Position numbers and translations under genes: made by a program. A stretch of 64,000 nucleotides of DNA. It comes from Candidatus Bathyarchaeota archaeon. Its GTDB lineage: Archaea; Thermoproteota; Bathyarchaeia; Bathyarchaeales; Bathycorpusculaceae. Positions 1 through 12,486 of this stretch are shown one piece after another. The notes under the pieces are model-generated. The model ran no database searches. It saw only the letters and a list, made by a program, of their open reading frames with translations, and was not told where the DNA came from. Position 1 is the stretch's first letter, and each line of letters starts with the position of its first letter. The stretch is taken from assembly GCA_963782525.1 (NCBI GenBank), contig CAWAKC010000011.1:1-64000 (forward strand), read 5' to 3'.

Positions 1-280
1 TCTTATATGCTGGAAATGTGCTAGTAGGTTTCCCCACGTATGCAACTCGGCATCAAGGTAAAATGCGCGAGTGAAGAATGCAGAAGAAGCAAAAGCGACG
101 CCGGAAACATCGCCCACAAACCATAGTTGCGGTTCAACGATACACTTATATTAACGAAATCTGCTTCTATTGCAGTTCAGCAATTATGGGTATATACCAT
201 AAAAGAGATGCAACTCCCCACATAATCAGTGTGGAGTGAAGGGTGAGATGAGTTCCTGATCACTGGGGATTCACAATGAC

Positions 281-299
281 ACCATGCATAGGCCAAACA
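281..299. repeat. 5' arm of pre-23S processing stem
   Basis: ACCATGCATAGGCCAAACA is the perfect reverse complement of 3461-3479. Inner pairings also exist (CAGACACTAC/GTAGTGTCTG). Confidence 0.9.
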
Positions 300-374
300 A
301 CAACGACGCAACACACTATACAATGAAATATGTGTTTCACCAAACGCCAAACAGACACTACCATTGGCCCGAAA

Positions 375-3390
<3,016 letters not shown>

Positions 3391-3460
3391 TGTCGAGTCA
3401 ATGTAGTGTCTGAGCGATATTTGGTTGAAACGCATCTTTCGGTGTAAGTGTGAAGTGAAG

Positions 3461-3479
3461 TGTTTGGCCTATGCATGGT
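3461..3479. repeat. 3' arm of pre-23S processing stem
   Basis: TGTTTGGCCTATGCATGGT pairs with 281-299. Confidence 0.9.
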
Positions 3480-3668
3480 AACTCATAAATTGTTGAAAAA
3501 ATTTTTGTTTTTATAATTTTTTAGAATTCTGTCTGTTTTTTTCATTTTTTAATTTGTTGTTTATATCTGTTGACTGTTTGATGCTTTTAGATAATTGGTA
3601 TATGTTTTGGTGGAATCGGGGGTTTTTCTGGGCAACAGTTATATCAGCAAAAATACAGCATAAATTCG

Positions 3669-3812
3669 ATGAGCTCCATGATATCTAAAGCGCCCCTTTG
3701 TCCTACTTGTTACATAGAAATGAAACCCAAATGCAACAAAGACAAAATCGTAATCTATCACATATGCCCCCAATGCGGCACCTTGATTTTTTTTACTCAC
3801 TCAGGGCACTAA
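3669..3812 (+). CDS. C(P)xCG-type zinc-finger microprotein (47 aa)
   Basis: Manual translation MSSMISKAPLCPTCYIEMKPKCNKDKIVIYHICPQCGTLIFFTHSGH, with CPTC and CPQCG knuckles. Confidence 0.6.
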   Translation: MSSMISKAPLCPTCYIEMKPKCNKDKIVIYHICPQCGTLIFFTHSGH

Positions 3813-3924
3813 AACTTGGTTAGCTGTTTGCTGTTTGGTTGCAACCACAATTTCTTTTATACGTGGCACTGATACAGACTAGTTATAGCCTGCTTTGAAC
3901 TCAAGCAAGTTTACGCTTAATTTA

Positions 3925-4419
3925 ATGGTGAAAATGTGAAGAAAAAATTTGGCTCCGCCAACAGTGGGCTCATAATCGTGGGCTTCGCGCTTTTTATAAT
4001 CGGACTATTCATGATTCTCCGTTTGAATTCTTTCTTTTTAACTTGTTAACTCAAGTTGTATCTGACGCGCAAGTAATCATGGCTTCGGAGTAATCGCTCA
4101 GTTTGCTGGGCAAGCATTCGTAGTTTTCGGCGCCATGCGGTCAACTTCCCAACCATTTAATTTCTAACATGCAAACGGAAAGAAGAATTACTTTGGAAGG
4201 CTTTAATCAAAACATTCGTCAACCCAGAATACACTTCTAAGTGAGCAGCAGGCGTTAAAGACAGGATACTTGCAAGCAATGGCAAAAATTGATTTGTTGG
4301 CTGCAAACCAAAAGGCCACTGCCAACCCGGCAACGGTACCTTTGTCGTCAAATTGCAAGTTCTGCGGAGCAAAAATCAGCCAAAGCCGCTTTTGTCTCCA
4401 ATGCGAAAAAGCAAACTAA
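3925..4419 (+). pseudogene. degraded membrane protein with C-terminal zinc ribbon
   Basis: Hydrophobic fragments in shifting frames ending in NCKFCGAKISQSRFCLQCEKAN*. Confidence 0.45.
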
Positions 4420-4518
4420 GCAATATCTCACTCAGCATTTAGTAACAATAAGAACTTCCTGAATCCTGAATTCATAAAATCTATTTGTATCTTAAGTGAA
4501 CGTGTTTTTTGATTCAAA

Positions 4519-4656
4519 ATGAAAAGTAAACAAGTCCTTGAAACATGCGGTTTAGAGTTTCCGGTTACTATAGACTTTTTTGATTTAGGCATAGTTGAAC
4601 AAGTAGTTGAAGAAGCTTTCATTAAAGAACCGAAGAGACGAAGAAGAAAAGCCTAA
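4519..4656 (+). CDS. small hypothetical protein (45 aa, basic C-terminus)
   Basis: Manual translation MKSKQVLETCGLEFPVTIDFFDLGIVEQVVEEAFIKEPKRRRRKA. Confidence 0.45.
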   Translation: MKSKQVLETCGLEFPVTIDFFDLGIVEQVVEEAFIKEPKRRRRKA

Positions 4657-4838
4657 GCCTTCAGACTTCAGCAGCCAAAACGCTTAATCTTAGCTTTCTA
4701 TTTTAGAGAGAAAACAAGTTTTAGGTTCATAAAAGCTGGATTTACTACGAATATTATGTCCGGATAAAAATAACTCAAAGTTCCAAAACGGTTAAAAAAT
4801 GAGAGAAGTGTCAAAAAATTGCCGTAATGGTTGAGACT

Positions 4839-5042
4839 TTATTCGCCCCAGTCTTCACCTTCAATGGTTAACTCTTGAAGATCTATGCATCCACCTCCAT
4901 CACTTATTTTTTTGACTTCTAGTTCAAGTCCGCAGCCTGGACAGCTTAGGATTTCTCCTTTTTCTGTGTCGCTGGGAACGGTTAGTTCGAATTCGCAGTC
5001 TGGGCATTTGGTCTTGTTATTTGGATTTTCGGAGTTGATCAT
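4839..5042 (-). CDS. lysW: amino-group carrier protein LysW
   Basis: CPDC...CPGCG zinc finger, acidic composition, diagnostic C-terminal EDWGE. Confidence 0.9.
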   Translation of the reverse strand: MINSENPNNKTKCPDCEFELTVPSDTEKGEILSCPGCGLELEVKKISDGGGCIDLQELTIEGEDWGE

Positions 5043-5235
5043 TGTGTTTTTCTCTTTTTGTTTGTTGACCTTTATGGGTGAAGATTTCTTTTAAATATTG
5101 TGACTTTTATGTTACAAATTGTGCTGTAACTGTCCCATTTGGGACAACGCTGGTGCCCCAATTGCAAAACATTTATTTCACAGCCAAAAATGTTGATAGC
5201 TAACTAGAGAGTTCTGGAGAAACAGAACCGAGGAG

Positions 5236-6126
5236 TTGGATGGCATAGCGTTACTAAGAAAAGCCATATTGATTGTTGCCATCTCGTTTCTGCTCTACAA
5301 CATCTATTCGGTAATAACCGCAACCATCTTTGTCGTCCACTTTCCCGCCATAGTTACCCATTTGCCCAACTTCATAGAAAGCTCCCAGCCAAATTTGCAA
5401 CTGGGACTTTTCTTGTTCCAAGAACTTTCCATGTTTTTTGGCAGTTATCTACGTTTGATAGGCGCAGCATTTGCCTTGAATTGCATTTTGCTCTTTTATC
5501 GAAAAGACCCCAAATACCTTGTAAAACTACGATTTGCTCTGCTCTTTGAATCACTCTACTTTCTCCTCCTAATTCCAACAGCTATGAACCATTTGGTGGG
5601 CTCAGTAATCTCAACAAGTGCATTTTTGAATATTTACACTGGGCTATCAGCACTACTTCAAGTCATGCTGATTTTTCCATCGTTGTTTATGCTGAGCCGC
5701 AAGTTGAAGCACCCCCAGGATACTGCTTCGATTATAAAATGGACAAGTATTGCTGTTTCTTTGTATGTTTTGGGTTTTTGGGTTACGAATGGCTTAATGT
5801 GGATATATGCAATTTCACCTGTAGAGAACTCGTGGGGAAGCTTAGTTGCGGCGGTGGGGTCTGTTAATTCATGGTTAACGCTGCTCATTGGCTCTGTGGT
5901 TTGCTCCTTTGTTTTCTTAAGTTTTAAGCAAAAGAAAAACATCAACATCAAGCTGGTTGGGACAGCCGCAATTTTGACGGGTGGTTATTTTTTGATTTAC
6001 GATTTAGTTTCAGTTTGGGACCCCATTTACCGTGCTTTTTTGTCTCTGACGGATTTTTGGATGATAAGTTTGCTGGTTCTGGCCGTCGCTGTAATGATTG
6101 ATTCAAGGAATACGGCTACTGTTTAA
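5236..6126 (+). CDS. multi-pass membrane protein, unknown function
   Basis: 296-aa ORF with about 8 hydrophobic segments. Confidence 0.8.
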   Translation: MDGIALLRKAILIVAISFLLYNIYSVITATIFVVHFPAIVTHLPNFIESSQPNLQLGLFLFQELSMFFGSYLRLIGAAFALNCILLFYRKDPKYLVKLRFALLFESLYFLLLIPTAMNHLVGSVISTSAFLNIYTGLSALLQVMLIFPSLFMLSRKLKHPQDTASIIKWTSIAVSLYVLGFWVTNGLMWIYAISPVENSWGSLVAAVGSVNSWLTLLIGSVVCSFVFLSFKQKKNINIKLVGTAAILTGGYFLIYDLVSVWDPIYRAFLSLTDFWMISLLVLAVAVMIDSRNTATV

Positions 6127-6484
6127 TCAGTTTTCTGTAGTCGAGGATAGCAAAAATGACTAGCAGAATCGTCCACGTGATGAATAAGAGATGAGCTCCC
6201 CCAATGAAGAGGGGTTCCGAAATTACTCTGTTAATTATTGAAATGCCGATCAGAAAAAGCGGACCTTTTCTGTTTCTTCTAAAAATCAAAACGTAAGCCA
6301 CAAGGTTCAGGGCTACAAAAACCGCAGCATTAGCAACCGCTATCCTAAAATCTACCGCCAAGGTGACGCGTGCTTTTCCAAGTGGAATTGTTGGGTTTAC
6401 GGTCCAGAAAATTATGGAAGCAACCTCAGCAATGATGGTTATTGCAACTAGGGCTAACAGAATTTTGTGCTGCAGATCTTTCAT
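6116..6484 (-). CDS. small membrane protein
   Basis: About 4 hydrophobic helices. Start moved to MKDLQ to avoid overlap with dinB. Confidence 0.7.
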   Translation of the reverse strand: MKDLQHKILLALVAITIIAEVASIIFWTVNPTIPLGKARVTLAVDFRIAVANAAVFVALNLVAYVLIFRRNRKGPLFLIGISIINRVISEPLFIGGAHLLFITWTILLVIFAILDYRKLIKQ

Positions 6485-6523
6485 GGTGCAATTAATTAGG
6501 TTGCTAAGATAAAAGCTTAGATA

Positions 6524-7600
6524 GTGCAGGTGACGGCGATCAGGGTAATCTTCCATTTGGATATGGATCACTTCTACACGGCGGTTGAGGAGCGGGAGCG
6601 CCCAGAAATCAAAGGCAAACCCGTTATCGTTGGTTCAGACCCAAAGGAAGGCAAAGGCAGAGGCGTCGTATCCACAAGCAACTATGAAGCCAGAGCATCT
6701 GGCGTATGCTCAGGCATGCCGATTTCCCAAGCTTGGCGGCTATGTCCTCGGGCAGTGTATTTGCCACCGAATTTCCCGCTCTACATTCGAGTTTCAGGCG
6801 AAATCATGGAGATTGCACGCAAATATGCTGGACGGTTTGAGCAGTGGGGGATTGATGAAGCTTTTTTGGATATCAGCGACAAAGTGAGCAGTTATACTGA
6901 AGCAGAGGCGCTGGCGCTTCAGATAAAGCACGAAATTAAGGAGAAAGAGGGGCTCACCGCGTCGATTGGCGTTGGACCCAACAAGCTTGTAGCTAAAGTT
7001 GCCAGCGATTTCCAGAAACCCGACGGCTTAACAGTTGTCAAAGAGGAGGAAGTGGAAAAGTTCCTCGTTCCCCTGCCCGTGCGCAAACTGCTTTGGGTGG
7101 GACGCAAGACCGAAGCTAAACTTAAAGAATTAGGCGTGAACACCATCGGCGACCTGGCTCGCTACGACCCAACAGCTTTGAGCTCGATGTTTGGGGTAGC
7201 TGGTTTGCAGATGCATCTGATGGCAAAAGGTATCGACCGCAGCGAAGTTCAGGAACGCATGGGCGTCAAAAGCGTCAGCCACGAAACCACGTTTGAAGAA
7301 GACACCGCAGACACCACCGTCATCTTTCAAGCGTTGGATGCTCTCTGTGAAACCGTGTTAGAGGAAACAGTTGACCAGCACTTGATGTTTAAGACAGTTA
7401 CGGTTAAGATTCGTTATCAGGGCTTTGAAACTCATACAAGAAGCAAAACTCTGCCTTTCTTAACCAATCGACTGCGCGACCTTCAGAAAACCGCCAACGA
7501 ACTGCTTTTTGCTAATCTGCGTAAAGACCGCAAAGTCAGGTTGATTGGGGTGAGGGTCTCGAGTATGGTTTCGGGCGAGAAGCAGCGGACGCTTGTTTAG
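6524..7600 (+). CDS. dinB: DNA polymerase IV (Y-family)
   Basis: HLDMDHFY, NYEAR..GV.SGMP, GIDEAFLD, ASDFQKPDG motifs. Confidence 0.95.
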   Translation: MQVTAIRVIFHLDMDHFYTAVEERERPEIKGKPVIVGSDPKEGKGRGVVSTSNYEARASGVCSGMPISQAWRLCPRAVYLPPNFPLYIRVSGEIMEIARKYAGRFEQWGIDEAFLDISDKVSSYTEAEALALQIKHEIKEKEGLTASIGVGPNKLVAKVASDFQKPDGLTVVKEEEVEKFLVPLPVRKLLWVGRKTEAKLKELGVNTIGDLARYDPTALSSMFGVAGLQMHLMAKGIDRSEVQERMGVKSVSHETTFEEDTADTTVIFQALDALCETVLEETVDQHLMFKTVTVKIRYQGFETHTRSKTLPFLTNRLRDLQKTANELLFANLRKDRKVRLIGVRVSSMVSGEKQRTLV

Positions 7601-8148
7601 AGTTCTTCAATTTTCTTGGGCACAAGTCGTTTGCCGAACTCTTCTTCGCTTACGACTTCGCTGAGTGATTTTCTGGTCCGCACAATGTTTAGGAGTTTGC
7701 TTGAGAGATCTATTTTGCCGCTTGGATAGCCGACTGCTAACATGACGAGGACTTCGAATTTCTCTGGGATTTTAAGGACGGCTTTGATGTCTTTTTCGCT
7801 GAAGCTGCCTACGCAGCATGTTCCTAAACCCAAGCTGACAGCCGTTAAAACCATGTTTTCCACGGCCAGTGCGACGTCGATGGCATACCAGTCGGGGGAG
7901 GCTTTTTTTTCGCCACATGCAACAATCACCAGTGGCGATTGAGTCAGGAATTTGGCATATGTGCCTCCAGACATAGCTTTCCGTTTTGCAAGGTCGGTTA
8001 CTGTGACGAAGTGCCAGGGTTCACAGTTCTTCGCTGACGGTGCCAACCGTCCAGCCTCCACAATCTTCTCCATCTTTTCTCTGTCCACGGGCTGGTCTGT
8101 GTAGCTGCGGATTGAACGTCGTTCCTGTATGGCTTCAAAAACATCCAT
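7597..8148 (-). CDS. nitroreductase family protein
   Basis: RRSIRSY, APSAKNCEPWHF, LGLGTCCVG motifs. Confidence 0.92.
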   Translation of the reverse strand: MDVFEAIQERRSIRSYTDQPVDREKMEKIVEAGRLAPSAKNCEPWHFVTVTDLAKRKAMSGGTYAKFLTQSPLVIVACGEKKASPDWYAIDVALAVENMVLTAVSLGLGTCCVGSFSEKDIKAVLKIPEKFEVLVMLAVGYPSGKIDLSSKLLNIVRTRKSLSEVVSEEEFGKRLVPKKIEEL

Positions 8149-9043
8149 TTTCGGTCGCTTCCTAAACTAGCAAATAACCTTATACCTAATATTGGTTTTT
8201 ACCGCTTAGCTCTTAGTTTATTTGTTCAAATATCAGTTTCAAGCTGGACGAGGAGAAAAATGTTTGTTAAGAGTTTTTGTTCAATATAACAACAACACTT
8301 GAAATTGCTGCGATGATAACCTTATTTTAGGTTGCTTTCATGTTTTCGGGCTTATGGTGTTTGCAGGTTGAGTCTGGGGTAGTCGTTGTTCGTCTGGGTG
8401 CGGCTGGTTAAGGTTTGGCGTTCTTCTTCTCAGATGAGGTATAGAGTGTTTTTGGTTGTGGCGTTAGCGTAAAGTCGATTATGTCATAGTTGTGCCAGCA
8501 ATTGCTATTAGTTTTAAGTGCAGTATAATTGACTGGGCACAGAGGGGTTTCTGTCTCTCTGATAGAAGAACAACACATGTTTTGCGTTTTGTAAAGGGCT
8601 TTATTTTGGGTTGATTTTTTGATTTAGGGCTTGTATTGTTTAGGGGCTGCGTCTGGGGAAGTCTGGGTTTGTCTGGGAAAGGTTGGGTAAGTTATACAAT
8701 TCTGAGCATAGTAACCTACCGATGAATATCGTGCCCACTGATGAGCTGACTATAGAAACTAACAAGCCCCACAGCACTTGGAAGCTATCCTTCGCTGAAC
8801 CTTAGTAATATCTGCCGCTTTACTCATGTGCAAACGTCTCAACGATACTTTAAAGTGAGAGGGTTATCGGTTCTGGCGATTGACGCCAAGTTTGTCTGAA
8901 ATTTTTGGTCCATGGTTAGTTTTTGGAAGCTATAAAGTTGAAGACTCCAAGTACTTATTAAATTTTTTTTGAAAGATGACCCTGTTATGCAGAATTCAGT
9001 TGCATTATCATCAGTATCACATCTTCTTGAGGTTGTCTGAGGA

Positions 9044-9700
9044 CTATTCTTCGTATTTTGTTCGATCAGCGATGCATGCTTCCTTGAAGGCTTTTTTGCG
9101 ATTTACACAAGATTCGCACTTGCCGCAGTGTTTGGTGTCCTCACGGTAACAGGACCATGTTAACTCAAATGGCACGCCCAGTTTGACGCCTTCTTCAATT
9201 ACCTCGGATTTGCGTTTGCCACTGAATGGCGCGTGAATACTAATGTTATCGCCTGTACCCAACTTTGCCGCTTTCTCAAATGTCTCGTAAAATTCTCGAC
9301 GGCAATCAGGATAAAACGGTTCATCTGAGCCGTGTGCGCCATAAAAAATTTTGTCAGCGCCAACTGAAACCGCATAGGAAACGGCTACGGATAAGAAGAT
9401 GGCGTTTCTGAAGGGGACAATGATGGGTTGGCTGAATTCGGCTGTTAGGGGGATGTCGCTATTGCAGAGTGAGGTTACGTCGCCGAACACGCTTTTTAGG
9501 GCTGAGAGGTCAACGATTTTTGTTTTGGCGCCGAGGCTTTCAGCGATTTTTTCTGCCGAATGGGTTTCTTTTACTGCGATTTGTCCATAGTTGAAAGTTA
9601 TAGGGTACAATTTGTACCCCTCTTTTTTTGCCCAGTACGCCACAACGGCTGAGTCTGGTCCGCCGCTGAGGACGATTACGCATTTTTTGTTCTTTTTCAT
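9044..9700 (-). CDS. queC: 7-cyano-7-deazaguanine (preQ0) synthase
   Basis: SGGPDS PP-loop, VPFRNAIF, YPDCR, TWSCY, CGKCESC. Confidence 0.95.
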   Translation of the reverse strand: MKKNKKCVIVLSGGPDSAVVAYWAKKEGYKLYPITFNYGQIAVKETHSAEKIAESLGAKTKIVDLSALKSVFGDVTSLCNSDIPLTAEFSQPIIVPFRNAIFLSVAVSYAVSVGADKIFYGAHGSDEPFYPDCRREFYETFEKAAKLGTGDNISIHAPFSGKRKSEVIEEGVKLGVPFELTWSCYREDTKHCGKCESCVNRKKAFKEACIADRTKYEE

Positions 9701-9712
9701 ATTATTTTCACC

Positions 9713-10249
9713 TTAGTTTTGGGGAGGCTGCGGATAGTTTCCTTTTTCGTTTCCAAACCATCTCTGGAATAAGCCTGTCCTTTTTAGTAATTTGAAGATG
9801 GGCCATCCAATTAGCACTGTGGCAATGATGTTTCCGATGGCAACGTAGGCGATTGTGAGAAGCAGTGGCAACCCGTATAGGTAGGATAGCATCCATCCGA
9901 CCGTTGTGCCGATGACGAACGAGTAGGCGATGCAGGTTGCGATTACAGTGTAATCGTTTTGGGTGCGTTTGTAGGTGTAGTAGACTACAAAGGACATGGC
10001 GAAGGAGGGTATGGTGTTGAGGAGATCGATGGGGCCAGCTGACGAGAAAATGTTACCGATGAACACTCCGAGGGTGTGCCCTAAAACTCCTGCTATTCCA
10101 AGTAAGGGAACAGCCGCAACCATTGAATCGGCGATTCGGACTTGGATTGGTCCATAAGAGAACCCTCCTAAAACAATGACGAGCGCTGCGTAGAGTGCAG
10201 CGTAAATTGCAATTACAGCTAATTCTTGTGTGCGTATTTTCAGTTTCAT
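9713..10249 (-). CDS. queT: QueT-family queuosine-precursor transporter
   Basis: AIYAALY...SYGPIQVRIAD motif, multi-TM, directly upstream of queC. Confidence 0.85.
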   Translation of the reverse strand: MKLKIRTQELAVIAIYAALYAALVIVLGGFSYGPIQVRIADSMVAAVPLLGIAGVLGHTLGVFIGNIFSSAGPIDLLNTIPSFAMSFVVYYTYKRTQNDYTVIATCIAYSFVIGTTVGWMLSYLYGLPLLLTIAYVAIGNIIATVLIGWPIFKLLKRTGLFQRWFGNEKGNYPQPPQN

Positions 10250-10316
10250 TTCTCCCTACTCCCGGGTTTTATTTTGGTTGGCGGAACGGGTAGGAGAACC
10301 ACTCACCCGCCAATTG
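10250..10316 (-). promoter_or_regulatory. structured 5' leader, candidate preQ0/preQ1 riboswitch
   Basis: P1 UUGGCGG/CCGCCAA, loop containing GUGGUUC, A-rich tail, and a 3' GUAGGGAGAA (RBS region) complementary to loop UUCUCCUAC. Confidence 0.55.
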
Positions 10317-10414
10317 CCCATAAAAGTATGAGTGTCGCCTAAAAACCTTATGAAAAACTTTTTCACAGACGTGTGTTTGATTGCTGGGGTAATGAATTTT
10401 GTTTGTCAAGAAAT

Positions 10415-12090
10415 GAGACCGTGTAAAAAATAGCGCAGCGGCCAGTTGTTAACTTGAAAAAGTACTTAATACTTTTTGAGATTTTACTTTCTCTTATTCT
10501 TTATTTTTTAACAAGCGCTTGGATTAGAGCTTCAACCCCAAGAATGTTTAGAGCTCTCCTCAAATTATAAGAAAACAAAAGCAACCCAACCTCCCCACTA
10601 ACCTTGCGAAGACCTTTAAGCAGCAAATATGGAGCACCAAACGCTCTCTTCAAAGTTCCAAACGTATGCTCAATCACTTTTTTGCGTTCACCCATAATCT
10701 CTGGATGCAATTTCATCCGCTTTCTCATATCATCGACAACTTCTTCGTGCACCCACCGCCAAATTACCCGACCTACCTTATTGCCTGTGCACTTAGTCAT
10801 AAAAAATTGGCATGAAGAGCAAACACCTTTCTGGCATCTGTAAATACGCATCTCAATCCCTTCACGAACGCTCAAACAATAAAACAAAAGACGCCGCCCA
10901 GCTGGACAAACATACACATCAGCACTCTTATCATAACGGAATTTGTCAGCAGTAAACTCCGGAGACACAAGACCGCCACCGCTTCCAGATCTCTTCACTG
11001 CAACATAAGGCGTAACCCCACTGTCGACACATTGCTTAATCTGCATGAAGTCAAAATAACCTTTATCAGAAATACAATCAATCTGCTCTACTCCTAGTGT
11101 TTCTTTTGCGCTTATAGCTACTCCGCTGAGCTGATTTAGGTCTGAAGCTTCGTTAGTCACCAGGTAGTTGACGATGAGATGGTTTTTTGAATCCACTGCT
11201 GCCTGCATGTTATAGCAGGATTCAACTCTGCCATGATTCATCATCTGCCGACAATCCAGATCAGTTAGAGCAACTTCCTTTTGACCACTCTTTTCTATTT
11301 TACCAAGGATTTCTTGGCTCTTTTCTTTTTTCTCAAGCAACGCAGCCAATTTGTCTACCATAAAAGCCTTCGCCACTTCACCTGACTCGCTACTTGCTTG
11401 TTGCTCGTCAGATGCTTCCTGCTCATCTGCAGCATCTAACTCGTCTAGGTAGTGTTTTACTGATTTTTCCATGACCTTTATTCTCTTTGCAAGCGCTCGT
11501 TGGGTAAAGGCTTTATCATTGGAGTTGACGGCCCGAAGTTTGGTGCCATCTACGGTTACTTGTTTTGCTCCATAGAGACTGAGATCTTTTAAGAAAGCTA
11601 CAAAATCTTTGAACAAGGCGCATATGGCTGCTGGGTTGTCTTTTCTAAAATCCGCTATGGTTTTAAAATCGGGTGCTAAGCCTTTGAGCAGCCACATTGC
11701 CTCAAGGTTTGTTTTGCATTCTCGTTCTAGCTTTCTGCTTGATCGGATGTGGTTTAGGCCTCCGTAGAGATAGAGTTTACAGAGATCTTTTGGGTTGTAT
11801 GATGGTCTTCCAAGGTCTTGTGGTGTTGAGTGGGTGAAGCCTAACTTTTCCATGTCCAGCGTGTTTACGTAGGCGTCTATGAATCTGACTGGGTTGTCTG
11901 GTTCTACGTATTCTTCTATGGTTTTGGGCAGTAGGAACGTTTGGTTTCTGGATAAGCCTTCTACATAGCTGTCGGTTTCATCGTTCATTGTCTGCTCACT
12001 TATTTTGGTCTTGTTTGTTATGGGCGAAGGGTCTAGATTTAAGGTTAACGGCATAATAGACGAGTTAGAGCAGACTTTTCACACAGTCTC
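10415..12090 (-). mobile_element. IS1182-family insertion sequence (1676 bp)
   Basis: Terminal IRs GAGACCGTGTAAAAA / GAGACTGTGTGAAAA. 4-bp AAAT target duplication at 10411-10414 and 12091-12094. Confidence 0.9.
10501..12054 (-). CDS. IS1182-family DDE transposase
   Basis: GRPSYNP, SSRKLERE, PDFKTIADFRKDN, VDGTKL, SDKGY, IEHTFGTLK motifs. Confidence 0.95.
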   Translation of the reverse strand: MPLTLNLDPSPITNKTKISEQTMNDETDSYVEGLSRNQTFLLPKTIEEYVEPDNPVRFIDAYVNTLDMEKLGFTHSTPQDLGRPSYNPKDLCKLYLYGGLNHIRSSRKLERECKTNLEAMWLLKGLAPDFKTIADFRKDNPAAICALFKDFVAFLKDLSLYGAKQVTVDGTKLRAVNSNDKAFTQRALAKRIKVMEKSVKHYLDELDAADEQEASDEQQASSESGEVAKAFMVDKLAALLEKKEKSQEILGKIEKSGQKEVALTDLDCRQMMNHGRVESCYNMQAAVDSKNHLIVNYLVTNEASDLNQLSGVAISAKETLGVEQIDCISDKGYFDFMQIKQCVDSGVTPYVAVKRSGSGGGLVSPEFTADKFRYDKSADVYVCPAGRRLLFYCLSVREGIEMRIYRCQKGVCSSCQFFMTKCTGNKVGRVIWRWVHEEVVDDMRKRMKLHPEIMGERKKVIEHTFGTLKRAFGAPYLLLKGLRKVSGEVGLLLFSYNLRRALNILGVEALIQALVKK

Positions 12091-12223
12091 AAATTTTGAC
12101 TAACTTTTGTCAAGAAATCTTTACAAAAACCCATTTTACCATAACGTAAAACTATAAGGTAATGGAGAAGTGATGATTACGGCGCTAAACCACTATATAA
12201 TAAATCACAGAATCTTAATACAG

Positions 12224-12349
12224 ATGCAGAAGGACGGCTGCGTTTTCTGCGCAATATGTCATCAACCCATCGTTGAAGGACAGCGAGTAGCTTCTAGAAA
12301 AAGCTCTGCTGTTCGACATGAAGAATGTTACCAGCGCTCATTTGTTTAA
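12224..12349 (+). CDS. putative zinc-binding microprotein (41 aa)
   Basis: MQKDGCVFCAICHQPIVEGQRVASRKSSAVRHEECYQRSFV, with CxxC...HxxC. TATA-like TATATAA about 30 nt upstream. Confidence 0.55.
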   Translation: MQKDGCVFCAICHQPIVEGQRVASRKSSAVRHEECYQRSFV

Positions 12350-12486
12350 CAAAATGTTCTCCCAAGTTTGGTGTATGTCTTTTTCAACATCGGCGAAATA
12401 TTAATTAGGCTCACGGAAAGATTAGATGATGCTACTTCCTAGTAGATGGCATTCCGAACCAACGGAGTTTTAGGGAGCAAAAACAT

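Noticed and set aside
8738-8760. CTGATGAG...GAAAC hammerhead-like or C/D-box-like motif
   Set aside because: Stem II cannot form (no C before GAAA), stems I/III were not found, and box spacing does not fit a C/D guide.
10357-10370. ACTTTTTCACAGAC resembling an IS1182 end
   Set aside because: Partial match only, with no partner IR or target duplication.
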